Of a DNA stretch of 64,000 nt, positions 27,372 to 40,300 are shown in pieces. Each line of letters opens with the position of its first letter. The stretch's first letter is position 1. The stretch spans positions 48,732,001-48,796,000 of the forward strand of contig NC_043000.1 in assembly GCF_006345805.1 (NCBI RefSeq), read 5' to 3'. This stretch comes from Octopus sinensis (Eukaryota). A model generated the notes under the pieces. The model made no database searches and was not told where the DNA came from. It worked only from the letters and a program-made list of their open reading frames with translations. Both the position numbers and the translations under genes were made by a program.

Positions 27372-27740
27372 GGCGCAGGCTGGCCGTGTGATAAGAATCT
27401 GGCTTCCAAACCACTTGGTTCCAGGTCCAGTCCCACTGTGTGGCACCTTGGGCAAGTGTCTTCTGCTATAGCCTCGGACCGACCAAAGGATTGTGAGTTT
27501 GTTTGGTAGACGGAAACTTAAAGAAATCCGTCGAATTTCTGTGTATTTATCTATGTGTGTCTTTGTGTCTGTGTTTGTCCCCACCCAGCGCTTGTTGGTG
27601 CGTTTACACCCCGTAACTTAGTGGTTTGGCAAATGGGACCGATAGAATAAGTACCAGGCTTAAAAAGGTCCTGGGATCGAGTTGTTTGACTAAAACCTTT
27701 AAAGGCGGTGACCCAGCACAACCGCAGTCAAATGACTAGC
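27372..27740 (+). mobile_element. SINE family A, near full length
   Basis: Aligns to 1837-2222. Confidence 0.85.
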
Positions 27741-27925
27741 TGTAGAAATGTGTTGTGACGTCACTGGTGGCAAGCAGTATCGGCCTTTGTCGCTCCCTTG
27801 GATAACATCTCGGGGAGGCTGGTATACATGGGCGACATCTAGTCTTCCATAAACGACCTTGCACGGACTTGTGCCTCGGATGGAAACGTTCTAGGTGCGA
27901 TCTCATGGTCATTCATGACTGAAGG
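27740..27925 (+). mobile_element. SINE tail related to 17370-17500, joined directly to the family A copy
   Basis: Shared blocks GACGTCAC..TG.CAA, GATAACATC, GGGGAGGCTG, TCTTCCATAAAC. Confidence 0.5.
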
Positions 27926-28831
27926 TTTTTTTTACTTACTTACTTCTTCCATACATACACAGTAAAATTTTCTGAAAAATCGGAACCTTATACTGTAGCA
28001 CGTATAAATAATTTTGTACTAACTCATTTTACCCAAGTATTAGCCTAAGTTGATTAAATAAATTTTAGTTACAAAAACAACAATATTTTAATATTATTCA
28101 TTTAAAGAATGCTTACGTTAAAATTTTATCCTCTGTTATGAAATAATTTCCCCTTACTTCAAATTCGGTTCGTAAGCGTTTTATCTGATGAGGAGAATCT
28201 TGTCAAGACGAGAAGTGGATGATTTGCAGGAGGACTTCATAATCGCTCTGCTATGGATATCTCGGACATTTAATACCCGCTCCGTCAGTCGATAAGCTGC
28301 AAATAGTTACGATAGTAATAGCCTGTGTAGGAGGTAGAAGTATTGCGTAATAAAAATGTATTTTATTAACTTACAGTTCTGAACTTATGTCATTTAATGG
28401 ATATTTGGAATGATTAATGCGCGTGCATAGACCAGTATAGACATTACAGCCATAAAACTACAACACCACCGCAGTGGGCGCGATATAAATGTGTTAATTG
28501 AATGAATAAATAAAGTGACTACATAAGAAACAATGCATGGAACTAAGCTGACATTTACCATCAAATGTCTACACACAAACACACACACACATTTATACAC
28601 AGAAACGTGCATTCATATATGCGAGTATATATGTATGCAAATGTATGTGTCATGTACATACATTTATATTCATACATGCATTTATATATATGTGCATACA
28701 TATGCACACACGGACATACATATTATATATTTGTATGTTATTTCAGTATGTAACGTCAGTAACATTTTCAATTGTCTATTTTTATTACATGTATGTATTA
28801 TGTATGATACATATAGCTCTATACGAATGTG

Positions 28832-28872
<41 letters not shown>

Positions 28873-29055
28873 TATATATATCGCCTGCTTAGCCAGCGGG
28901 GTGGCGTCATTCGAAGGCTAAAACAATGCGAACGCATTGTGACCAGCGATGTGTGGCAACATCTGAAGGTCTGGTCGGTCACGTGATCAGGTAATATGTA
29001 TATATATATGTGTGTGTGCGTGTGTGTGTGTGTGTGTGTGTGCGTGTGTATAGTG

Positions 29056-29445
29056 AAGGCACGTGGTTTACTGGTCAGAGCTTTCGTTTCATGATCGTAT
29101 GATCGTGTTTTCAGTTCCTAGCGCCGCGTTGTGTCCTTGAGCAAGACACTTTATTTCAGTTGCTCCACTCAACTCAGCTGGCAAGAATGAGTACTACCTC
29201 TATTACAAAGGGCCAGCGTCGTCACACTCTGTGTCAGTGCTGAATCTCCCTGAGAACTACCTTAAGGGTACATGTGTCTGTGCAATGCTCACCCGCTTGC
29301 ACGTTAGTTTCACGAGCAAGCCGTTCCGTTGATTGTATATATATATAGTGAGAGAGAGAGAAAGATAAAAGGGGAAAGGAGTACTCCGTCGGTTACGACG
29401 ACAATGGTCCCAGCTGATACGATCAACAGAACGGCTTGTTCGTGT
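29056..29445 (+). mobile_element. SINE family C-related copy with its 3' end inverted (29378-29445)
   Basis: 29378-29445 is the reverse complement of the family C 3' end (compare 16720-16776). Confidence 0.75.
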
Positions 29446-29684
29446 ATGCATGTTTATATGGGTTGATGGGAGCGTGTTTTTGATTAGTGTTTTTAGTTGT
29501 CTACATTTGGAAAGGTATACCGTTTGTGAAAGAACGGTACATGTTACCATATAAATATCGTTCGTGGGTGACGGCTGATTCTGAAAAATACTAAATGATT
29601 TTTGGAATTTATATATTCCCATATGGATTCATATATTTTCAAAATATTTTGGTTATTATCTTCAAACTTTATCTTTTCTACTCT

Positions 29685-30378
29685 AGGCACAAGGCCCGAA
29701 ATTTTGGGGGAGGGGGCCAGTCGATTAGATCGACCCCAGTACGCTACTGGTACTTAATTTATCGACCCCGAAAGAATGAAAGGCAAAGTTGACCTCGGCG
29801 GAATTTGTACTTAGAACGTAAAGACAGAAGAAGTACCTACTTTTATTTCTTTACTACCCACAAGGGGCTAAACACAGAGGGGACAAACAAGGAAAGACAA
29901 ACGGACTAAGTCGATTATATCGACCCAGTGCGTAACTGGTACTTATTCAATCGACCCCGAAAGGATGAAAGGCAAAGTCGACCTCGGCGGAATTTGAACT
30001 CAGAAAGTAGCGGCAGACGAAATACCGCAAAGCATTTCGCCCGCCGCTGTAACGTTTCTTATTTTTTTATTACCCACAAGGGGTTAAACGCAGAAGGAAC
30101 AAACAAGGACAGACACACGGATTAAGTCGGCGGAATTCGTACTTAGAACGTAAAGACAGAAGAAATACTTATTTCTATTTCTTTACTACCCACAAGGGGC
30201 TAAACACAGAGGGGACAAACAAGGACAGACAAACGGATTAAGTCGATTATATCGACCCAGTGCGTAACTGGTACTTAATTTATTGACCCCGAAAGGATGA
30301 AAGGCAAAGTCGACCTCGGCGTAATTTGAACTCAGAACGTAACGGCAGACGAAATACGGCTACGCATTTCGCCCGCCT
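29685..30378 (-). mobile_element. Tandem array of SINE family B units (three large plus partial units)
   Basis: GACCCCGAAAG.ATGAAAGGCAAAGT.GACCTCGGCG occurs three times. TACCCACAAGGGG.TAAAC occurs three times. Confidence 0.9.
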
Positions 30379-32590
30379 TTAAATTCAAACATTATATAAA
30401 CGTAGCTCCTTTATTCTCAATATCTGAAATTTTCAAGTTGAAAATATTCTGGGGTTTTTTTCTGTTCCAAATACAAACCTAATAAACGATTATTAGCTTT
30501 AAAAATGTTCATAATAGCAAGGCATAATTTTTGGAAAATGTGTCAAATATTTGTCAAATAGTATTGAACGAAATGCTTCATAAAAATATAGGCAGAAAAA
30601 AATGTGCTTCAAAAACTTAATTTCCATAAATCTGTCAATAGTTAATTAGATGCAACACAAAACGACAACTAGATTTAGCAGTCAGCACTTTTCGTCAACG
30701 TGAGTCAATTAGGAAAATAAAACCTTGTAGAATAAAATACAATCAGGCATTTTATTGTGTAAGAATACTGATTTCTAACTGGTATTTGAATAGTATCCCG
30801 GTGTGTTGAAAGATAAAGCGGGCTTCTATTAAAATTGAACGAACAATTTTAAGTCAAACGTGAGCAAAATTTATAAGACATTTCTCATGTTTGTATTGAA
30901 TCTACCACTTCGTTCTGGCGAACTGAGAGAGATGTTAAAGGCTAGGACAACATATCATGAGCTGGCTGTTTCAGCTTGCGTTAATTCTTGTGTGGTAGAA
31001 GTAATCCGATATCTGGTTTAACAACGTGACTTGTAATGTGGGTGCTTTCAGTAAATATCACTGTTTCAATGATTCAAATCATGCCTCTATACTTTGCGAA
31101 TAATTCTTGTCTTACGCTTCGGAGATAGTCGGCGGGGGTGGGGAGGGGAATATTTTGAAGAAATGAATTTCTTTCATATTAAAGCTCAAAGAAGATATTC
31201 TTTGTAAACTGACGAAAATTTGAAGAAAAATAAAAAAAAAACTATGCCGTTATTATTTACATAAACAAACTTCGTTTTGCAGTACATAGATTATTTTATT
31301 GACTGCAAGAAACCACCACGAATTAAATTGTTTTGATTTTAAAAGCCGCAAAGAGTAAAGTCACCCTCCAGTCCCCGGAATTCATACACGCAAGTATTGA
31401 TTTCAAAACTTGGAATAAAGCCGCAAATATGTGTGGGTGTTTATAATCTATTAAATAATTTTCAGTTCTGAAACAGCCTCTTCCATTTCCTTCCTTCACC
31501 CTAAAGGCAAAGTTGACAAAAATGCAAATATTTGTAATACAATATATTTCATTATACAATGCTGAAGACAAAATGTACAATGCATCTGTTCTTAATTTTC
31601 TGTCCTCCTTCCTCGTTTTCCTTAATTTTTAAAATTTTCTTTCGTTATCATCTTCTAGTTATACTACTACTAGTACTCCATGTGTATTACAATTTCCATT
31701 AATTCTTACCATTAATTTCCGCTGGAAAATTAGGGACGTCACGTCACCATATGTCCCTCTTCTCTATACTACCAGGATTTTCTGGCAACTCATACAAAAG
31801 TTATTGATAATGAAATGATGTAAGAATCCAGAAGATGAAGTGAGTATTTTATACAATAAAGCTGGATGCTTACATGTATCAACTCCAATACCGTACTAAA
31901 ATATCTTCCCACTCTATAAAGTAGCAGTTATATTCTCATGCTGAATAAATCGATTATATTCCCTATCGTTATAATAATGTTCCCATGCCAAAGAAACAAA
32001 ATCGATATGCATTCCATTAACTAAGATAACTGACTGGAGTGGTTATTTAACAGTAATAATAGCAGTAGCAACTGCTTTTGCTCGCAGTGGTATGACTACA
32101 GATAGAAACATAAACTAAAAGAGATATGTATAAAGGAAAAATAAAAATATGAAATTTTTTCTCGCGGGGGAAAACGAACTGATCGTTTGAAGTTATTCTT
32201 TGTTCATATAAAATTAATAAGATTTATCTCATCTTAACGAAATAATTTAAAAACTCAGAGAATGCTCGAGCGCATGTCTGAAATATACCTTGTCATTAGT
32301 GACGCAATGAATTTATTGATTTTTAGCAATTAATTTTCAAGAACTAATATGTGTAATTGATTCTCAAATAGGCATCACACTTCAAATTTTCAGTGAGGTG
32401 TCGTGGGATTGTGGGACGCTCGTCGTTTTCGTCAGGGCATTAATGACGTAACAAAAAACCATTTTCATAGTTACAATATGGGAAACCGCATATGATACTT
32501 TTACAATTGAAACTGCGATTAATCTTATATAATTAATATTGATTTCTGAAAGAGGGACGAGACCTAAATTTTGGAAGACGCTAAGGCGGA

Positions 32591-32593
<3 letters not shown>

Positions 32594-32639
<46 letters not shown>

Positions 32640-32822
32640 CAGTACCAGGCACTGGCTCTCATGGCTTCTGATCTTTCCAGATTGGAAGTGTTATCATGTA
32701 CATTGTTTTGACTTGGTATAAAAGATGGGATACAGCAAATATTCTGCTCAATACCACAGATTTGCTTGTCAGTTGCTTGACCTTAATCTGTTTAGCATGT
32801 CTCTTAGTGAACCAGTATAACA
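32594..32822 (-). repeat. Interspersed repeat tail ending in an (AAT)n microsatellite (32594-32638)
   Basis: The microsatellite is read directly. The family resembles an octopus repeat from memory only. Confidence 0.55.
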
Positions 32823-32829
32823 CCTAAAA

Positions 32830-33100
32830 CAGAGATAAACACAAAAACTGATAATAGTAATAGAAGGACAGAATGGAACAAGCAGATCAGAACACACGAT
32901 GACAGAAAGTGAAGGGGTCACAGGTGTGTGGCGAAAGATTTCCGGACAAAGTACGTGAGTTTGAATAAGAACAGTAATAAACGAATGAAGAGGGAATATA
33001 TAATGCGTGTGTTTATTTGGCAAAAAGAAAAGAAAAATACTACCCCGAAATACAACAATATCTGCTTCAACACACGACTTCACATCAGGAATCTTACAAC
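32830..33100 (+). mobile_element. Degenerate pLTR of the same Penelope-like family as 20190-21180
   Basis: TGAAGGGGTCACAGGTGTGTGGCGAAAGA matches the HHR region. CCGAAATACAACAATATCTGCTTCAACACACGACTTCAC matches the reverse complement of 20195-20233. Confidence 0.7.
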
Positions 33101-33141
33101 CCAAATTCATTAGCGTAAGTAATAATAATCCTTTCTGCTAT

Positions 33142-33352
33142 AGGCGAGACACAAGGCCTGAAGATTTAGGTAAGGGGTCTGGTCGATTTTTATCGACTTC
33201 AGTACATGACTGTTACTTCTTTTGCCGAACCGAAAGGAGGAAAACAAAGTCCATCTCGGCGAAATGTGAACTTAGAAAGTAAAGACAGAGAAATACTTAG
33301 CACTGCTAAGTATTTAGCATGGCGTGCTAATTATCCTGCCAGATCGCCACCT
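33142..33352 (-). mobile_element. SINE family B, degenerate
   Basis: Homologous to the 43130 copy. Confidence 0.7.
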
Positions 33353-33384
33353 TAATAAAAGTGATAATAATAATGATGATGATA

Positions 33385-34590
33385 AATATTATTATTGGTT
33401 TTCGATTGATTTGCACTTTATTTAATCCTCCGACTAGGCCTCAACCAAGGTACGTATGTATTATATGGAGAGAAATTTCGTGAGAATGTAAGTGCTTGAA
33501 GTCAACACAATTTATTGAGTCTCATAGATTGTTGATTTCCCAAGGATCTGGTCCAAAAATTTGCCACTATTTCTTGATCTTTCCCAGGTCACCGACAACA
33601 ACTGGGACAGTTTTGATTTTTAATTGCCACGTCCTATATATATCAATCTCAAAGTCCTTATATCTCGATAGTTTTTCAAATTCCTTTGCTGAGATGCTTC
33701 TATCAGTAGGCACTGTCATATCAGTTAACAGGCATGTTTTTGTCTCTAACAACATTTATTTGCTTGTCTTTATGTATCCCATAATCTCACAGGATAGGAA
33801 CGTTCTCTCCCTCAGTAACTAAATCTTGATAGTATTCATACCAGTTCTTCGAATGCAGGATATCATAGTGAAGGCTTATGCTCCAGTGCAAGTATTAGCC
33901 AATTCGATCGTGCGTAATTCTATATTCTGTAGGGTTAAGGACTGAGTAACCGTCAACAAGCTTGTCATTGCAAAGACTACACTTTGTGTCTTTCTCATTG
34001 TGTGAGACATTGACTTGATAGTTCCGAGTTAGGAGGCTCTGATGTTTCGCCTTTCAAACCAGCACTCTGGAGCCACTGATGGGATCATCTCAAATCTACA
34101 TCAGCTTTCCCAGCTAGTTTGGACTATTGTTCATCCAATGGTTTTTCTTGCCACAGTTTCGATATTACCTTCAAGCTTTCCTGTTTGGCTTTTGTTTTGC
34201 ACTTTTTTACTGCCTTAGTGGATAAGGTGTCCTCCTTACCATCATCATAATCAAGGTAGTTCAGCTCTCGTCTGTATTTTATATGCCGCATTTGAGATTG
34301 AGTGCAGTTTCTCATTCTGGTTGTGTTGCCTTATCAGCTGTATCATCCAGTCGGTGTTACTTTGGAAGTACACTTGGAGTCCTATCGTGGTCATTGTATA
34401 CGACGTTTCAAGTTGGATTAAGCATCTACTACCTTCCTTTTGTGGAGTAGAAAGCCTATGGACGCCTGATTTTGGGTGGTGCGTCGTGCTTAATGTCAGC
34501 AATTTCTTGGTCCTTATGTCCATGCGCTGGAGTGCACTCAGATTCCAATTCAAACTTGCACCAATCTTTTTCAGCCATGGCAGAAGTAGA
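33385..34590 (-). mobile_element. 5'-truncated R4/Dong-clade non-LTR retrotransposon (RT end, zinc-knuckle region, restriction-like endonuclease), pseudogenised
   Basis: NWNLSALQRMDIRTKKLLT...HHPKSGVHRL.TPQKEGSRCLIQLE; PTEYRITHDRIG*YLHW; CLLTDMTVPTDRSISAKEFEKLSRYKDFEI..W.LK..VPVVVG.LG. The 3' end abuts AATAATAAT. Confidence 0.85.
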
Positions 34591-34830
34591 GTGCTGATAC
34601 TGGTATCACATCTACTTCATTGACCACAACCTTCGTATTTCTCAATTCAAGTCGTCATAATTATTTATTTTTTTCATTTTCTTTCACATTGTTCCTGCTG
34701 TCGCCGGGGCATGCTAGGTCGATTATCTTACATGTTCCTTCTTTTTTATTCACTACAACAATGTCCGGTTTCCAAATGTCTGATCGGGTGATAGCACTGG
34801 ATCATTGTATCCCACAGGATTTTGGAATTT
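34590..34830 (-). mobile_element. Second, divergent RLE-domain fragment (R4/Dong-like)
   Basis: With frameshifts: ENSKILWD..IQC.HPIRH.KPDIVVVNKK..TCKIIDLACPGD...EIRRLWSMK. Confidence 0.75.
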
Positions 34831-34831
34831 T

Positions 34832-34866
34832 CTATTATTATTATTATATTATTATTATTATTATTA

Positions 34867-34902
<36 letters not shown>
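34832..34902. repeat. (TAT)n microsatellite
   Basis: Direct reading. Confidence 0.95.
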
Positions 34903-34903
<1 letters not shown>

Positions 34904-35711
34904 TCTTTTTCATGGTACAATTTTAGCATTTTCTGTAAGAACGTTACAGTTTTAACAATGATAATAACAAATACCAAAGGTTAGAAAATATCTATAAGAG
35001 ACAACATATTACAAAGCACATAATGATGGTGATATATTTCCTGCAAGAGAAGCAACAGAAGCTACATGACTGTTAAATACTGAACAACAATATAACGGTT
35101 ACATTATCAGCTAAGACAGAGAGTTCTTGTTGTTGTCCATAGCATAGCTTTCAAACAACTTCGATAACCAGTTTACATATTTTAGTTCTTCGTAACTGCA
35201 GGCGATATTTTGAATAATCCTATCCTGCATTTCTAAGTGTGTTGAAAAACCGTAAATAAAATATTCAATATTGTAGTTTCATTCAGTAGTTTCCATAGAG
35301 GTGTCTTTCGTAGTTTTTAGACACTTATTCATTCAATTCGTAACAAGCTCTGGGGAACCTATAATTGAAATATCGATTTCATTCTCCTTTACCTTCACTC
35401 GTCTCTATTCTCATTGCTTGCACAATATTTTTCTATCTTTTCTTTATTTGTTATTTATTGTCCTTCATCGTATTTCTTAAAAATTTTGTTACCGGTTTTT
35501 CTGTTGCTCAAAAATTGATTCCGGTATTGAATATTTTGAAATGGCTATATACTTGTTTTATACTATGATTTTCATGTTGGCATTGCAATTGGATATTTCT
35601 TCGAGTGAAAAAAGTTATCCGTTGATATGTTTCTTTCAAAAGTTCTGCATCTAAATTTATATTGAGATGTAAATTTATAATCGCAATATTATGCATAGTA
35701 ATATAATAATA

Positions 35712-35742
<31 letters not shown>

Positions 35743-36544
35743 TGATATATATATATATATGCAATTGTTGTTTCTAGGAATTTTGTCCATTGTATATCGT
35801 AATTTCTAAATCACGCATTTAAAATCGAAATACCTTAAGAATCATTCGTATGTACAATCCAAAGTAGTTATCTTAATTTCGTGCGTATTTAGATTAAAAT
35901 TATGCAACAGCATATGAAAACCATTAATTTTAGTAAAATCTAGCATTGAATACTATTAGAACTAAACGGATTAAAAGAATTCCAGTTTTAGATAATTCGA
36001 TAAAATATCCGAAAGATTTAACGCGTAAAGTTACTATCGCTATGCGGTAACGGATTATTCCTGGATCATTCTTGCATTGTGTATTATTATGGAATGTTCC
36101 CGCAATGAGTCCATTTTGTCCTTTGAATAGATGGTATCTATTGTAATGGCAATACATTGTAAGTTAGGAATTCATTGAGAATGTCATTAAACAACGTATA
36201 TGAGAGTATTTTTAATTGTATTCAAATTTCCTAAAAGTAAATGTCACTGGTTATCTTTGTAATGTTATGATAGTAACGGAAATATAGTGTTCAATTAAAA
36301 AAAATATTTTCCTTTCCGAAATGGCTTTCATTTGCTTCAGAATGAAATCAATAATCAGTTATTGCGTGTAAAATATAATGTCTCGATGTGATATACACTG
36401 AATAATTTAAAATAGCCATTAAAATGTATTTCGTTTCTATAAAGATTGAATAATTTCTATATTATAAGAATTGTTATAATTTCTAAAACATCTTAATTCA
36501 TATGACGTAATCCTAAAATGAATCTAAAGAGCATTTCATCACTT

Positions 36545-36770
36545 TACTTAAAATAGAGTATCTGAATGCAAAGACAATACAGAGCAGGACAAAATGTTTT
36601 GCATATTTAGTCCCGACAATGAAATCCCTTTAAGATGGTCTTTGTCTTTCATCTTTACAGGGTCGAAAATTAAAATTGACTTGAGACAGACTGATTTCAT
36701 TGAAAATATATCCCCTAAAGGTAGAAGTAGAGATGTATCAATATATTTTGCATCAGATATAGCGACTTGA
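36545..36770 (+). mobile_element. Probable relic of a LINE APE endonuclease N-terminus
   Basis: YLNAKTIQSR resembles YLNARSI.NK. In a second frame KGRSRDVSIYFASDI resembles .GRGGGVAIYV..DI. Confidence 0.4.
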
Positions 36771-37266
36771 CTTAGAATCGGTAGCAGGTTAGACACAAGG
36801 GAAGTTGGTAACTATTGGAAATATTCTGAAGAAAAACGCCGCTTAAGTGGGCATTTACGCTTATTCCTCTATCTATAAGATATCCAAATGCTAAAGAATC
36901 AGGTAAAGAAATAAATTGAAAAATAATATCAACTAGCAACTGATGATGAGAAAACCAATAAAACTGTCGCTACAGCTACAATAACGTATTTAACTCAGGA
37001 TATATGTTACGATAATTTATCTAACTTAGAAGCATAAAAATGCTAACTAATCTTCATTATGGGTAACGAAAATATTACTTAATGGTTATTTTCATTTGTT
37101 GTTTCGTGACCTACCCAAATATATTGTTATTATTGTGATCACCTCATCAGTAAATATTAGACTTCACATAAGTTAACTATGATTCTATATAAATTTTCGT
37201 TTAGAAACTATTTCGTTGAATATATATTAAATATATATATATAAATATATATATATATACACATAC

Positions 37267-37328
<62 letters not shown>

Positions 37329-40300
37329 CATATACATTCATACATACACACACACACACTCATATATATATATATATCGATTTATTTCACCGAGCCAGAA
37401 ATCATGATGATCCAAAACAACTAAAACTCTAATCTAAAGATATAAATACATGTTGTAATATAGTCTACTGAGATGTAATTGATTTAAATATAATTTTCTT
37501 CGAGTATTGTTTAGGTTTATAACTTTCGGTATATACAAAATATCACTTTCCTATCTATGATTTATTCATTGATTCCTTTAGTTGGTCATATTAAGATGAG
37601 AGAATAATAACTTAATTTTCAACTCTATTTTATCATTGCCTAAAATACATCTAGTACAATTAGCATGAACGTATTGGTAGTAAATAAAATCATTTCATAT
37701 TATGTAATAGGGTTGAGATATATGCATTCTATGACGCATTCAAATATCGAATCATATATTTTATTACACAAATGCGTCAATGGATCTATAACAAGAGGCA
37801 CCCGTGGAAATGAAACAGTGAATTGATTTAAAGTTTTGTTCCAATCAATTTCATATCCAAATGTTACAACATACAATTGCGCCTCATGTTTTTCTCAAAA
37901 ACATGAAACCACCATTCTTCAAAATAGCTATATGAATTATTCAGTTTCAAACATAAATCAATATTTATTGATACAGAGTCCTCTTTTATTATGATAATAA
38001 TGTTGCTCTTCCATGAAACATCAAATGGTGTTATATTTGTTAAATTCTAAACTTATTTCCCTTTTAAAACCTTGCTGGGGCGATAAACGGGAAATTGTAC
38101 AAAGACATATGTAAGAATAAACCACATAGATAAATAGTTTTAATTACAGGGTTAGAAAAATTGGCCAAATTGTGCATAGAAAATTTATTCTAATTAATAA
38201 TGAATAAATGCTGAGTTATGATGATTACTATGTTCATTGTAATAAAGAATTTACATTAAGAAAGTGATTATTAAGATATAATATGGTATCACTCTCAACT
38301 GGTGAGATTTAAATGGAAACCTCCGATCCATTTAATTCTTCCCACTACGTTGACAATATCCAATCCTCTATCTGTAAAACTAAGTATAAATATGATACTT
38401 ATTATATGAAGTCTAGAAGTAATTTTATTCATATTGTAGTTGGATAAAACAAAATCAATGTCAGCAATTCGCTGTTCCTATACTATTTCACTTTCTTAAA
38501 TGCATCGTTCTAACAACTAATCAACCAAAGGATATGTCTTATTGATGTAATCATACTGAAAATAATTGTAATGTAGTAAAATAGTATTCTGTCAGACTGC
38601 ATCTGTAAGTAATGAAGTCTAGCAGAGAAGCTGAATATCTAAAATGTTTGCTATATAATTTAATATAGTATAATTGCACACAAGTCAAAAACGTACACGT
38701 TTCAAGAAAATTATTTCTTCATAAATGAGCAAATAAAACATTAAAACTACAGCAATCCGAATTTAATTTGTGTTTACCCAGTCGTTATATTTATTATCTT
38801 CTTTCATAAATTACCATACGAAAGTACGTTTTAAAAGGTTTATATTTATCTATTAATTCCTCCCATTTAATATTTTATACTACTTTAATACGACATAACA
38901 TGTCATTTATTTACTGAAATTAGACATAATTAAAATGCAATATAATACAAGTTTCCATTACTACTTGTACATTAAATCATACAAAAGCATTTAAGAAGAC
39001 ATTTTGACTATGACTATGGTACATTTTTGAGGAATATGAAAAACTAATTAACAGAACGAAGACGCGAATTAACTATATTTTCTATATGTTATTTTTTATC
39101 GCAATTGATGGACAATAACGCCGTTAATTACAGGTTTCTAGCAGGCCAATCACTGGTTCATTACATTCCTCAAAGCGACAATGTCAAAGGAGCGTAATGT
39201 AATTCGGTGCAGGATAATTATTCTAAAACGGCTTCATTTGAAGCGTTGTTAATTTTTGTTTTGTAGTCGAGATACACGCACACAGACACACGCACTCACA
39301 CAGCTAGCTAGCTATGTAGGTAGACAGACAGAGTAATAGAAATATAAATAAATAGATAGATAGATCTAACGAAGTTTTTTACATTCTACTACATTTTTTA
39401 TCGCATAGATAAATTTCTGTCGGTCGCAAAAGACACACGCACTTCACACGTAAAATATAGTAGGATCGAACATGAAGCCCCGTTGTAGTGAACCAAGTTC
39501 CTTTACTATATTATCGCGTCTGTGTCTATATTTTTTGCCAACGCATACAAAGGGGATTTTATCACTAACATACGAGGTTGTATGTTAGTGTTCATTCAAT
39601 TGAAATGGGAAATAATATTTGTCATTCGTTTAAATATTTTTCTCTTAATGGGAGTTAAAAAAAGAAACTATTTTCAGCTCTTTTCACTCGATTCTTACGA
39701 TTTGTATACTAATTTTTATTTTAATAAATCTTCTTTCATCAATTTATCAAATGAAGATTCCCTTTCCAGGTAGTATAACTGTCAAGAGCAAAATAGTAAT
39801 CATACGACTTAGATAATAGAAATAGTTTAATTATGATACACACACATATACAGACATATGAACGTATACATTTATGTTTGTGTATATATGTATATAGATG
39901 TATATATATTCATGTATATGTGTGTGTATATATAATACACACACACACGAGCATGCGCGCACGCACACACGCACACACAAACGCATACATATATAATTAA
40001 GCCTGTAGCATCGTTCTTATGTTCTTTGATTAGTATTGGGATTGATGTATGTAAGAGGAATGAAATGTTTATTTTAAACATTCTGTATTTAGGGTTTGTT
40101 ATCTTTTGTATTTTGTATGATTAGCCAAGTTATTGACTCCGAGAGATATGCAGAAATATATATAAGTATTAGTGTATTTACATAATAATATTCTGTCGTT
40201 TTCTGATATTATTGTTTTCTTGTATCTTTTAAAATTAGAAGAAAATCAAATCAATGAAATATATTTAGGATTTGAATAATTCTACTGAATAGCAGATTTA

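Noticed and set aside
28185-28230. CTGATGAG motif
   Set aside because: No GAAA or compatible stems downstream.
29685-30378. Repeat-spacer-like pattern resembling a CRISPR array
   Set aside because: Eukaryotic context, the units are whole SINE segments with no unique spacers, and there are no cas genes.
36661-36720. 60-nt exon-like segment after a strong acceptor
   Set aside because: The donor (GTAGAA) is weak and the surrounding frames match LINE endonuclease motifs better.
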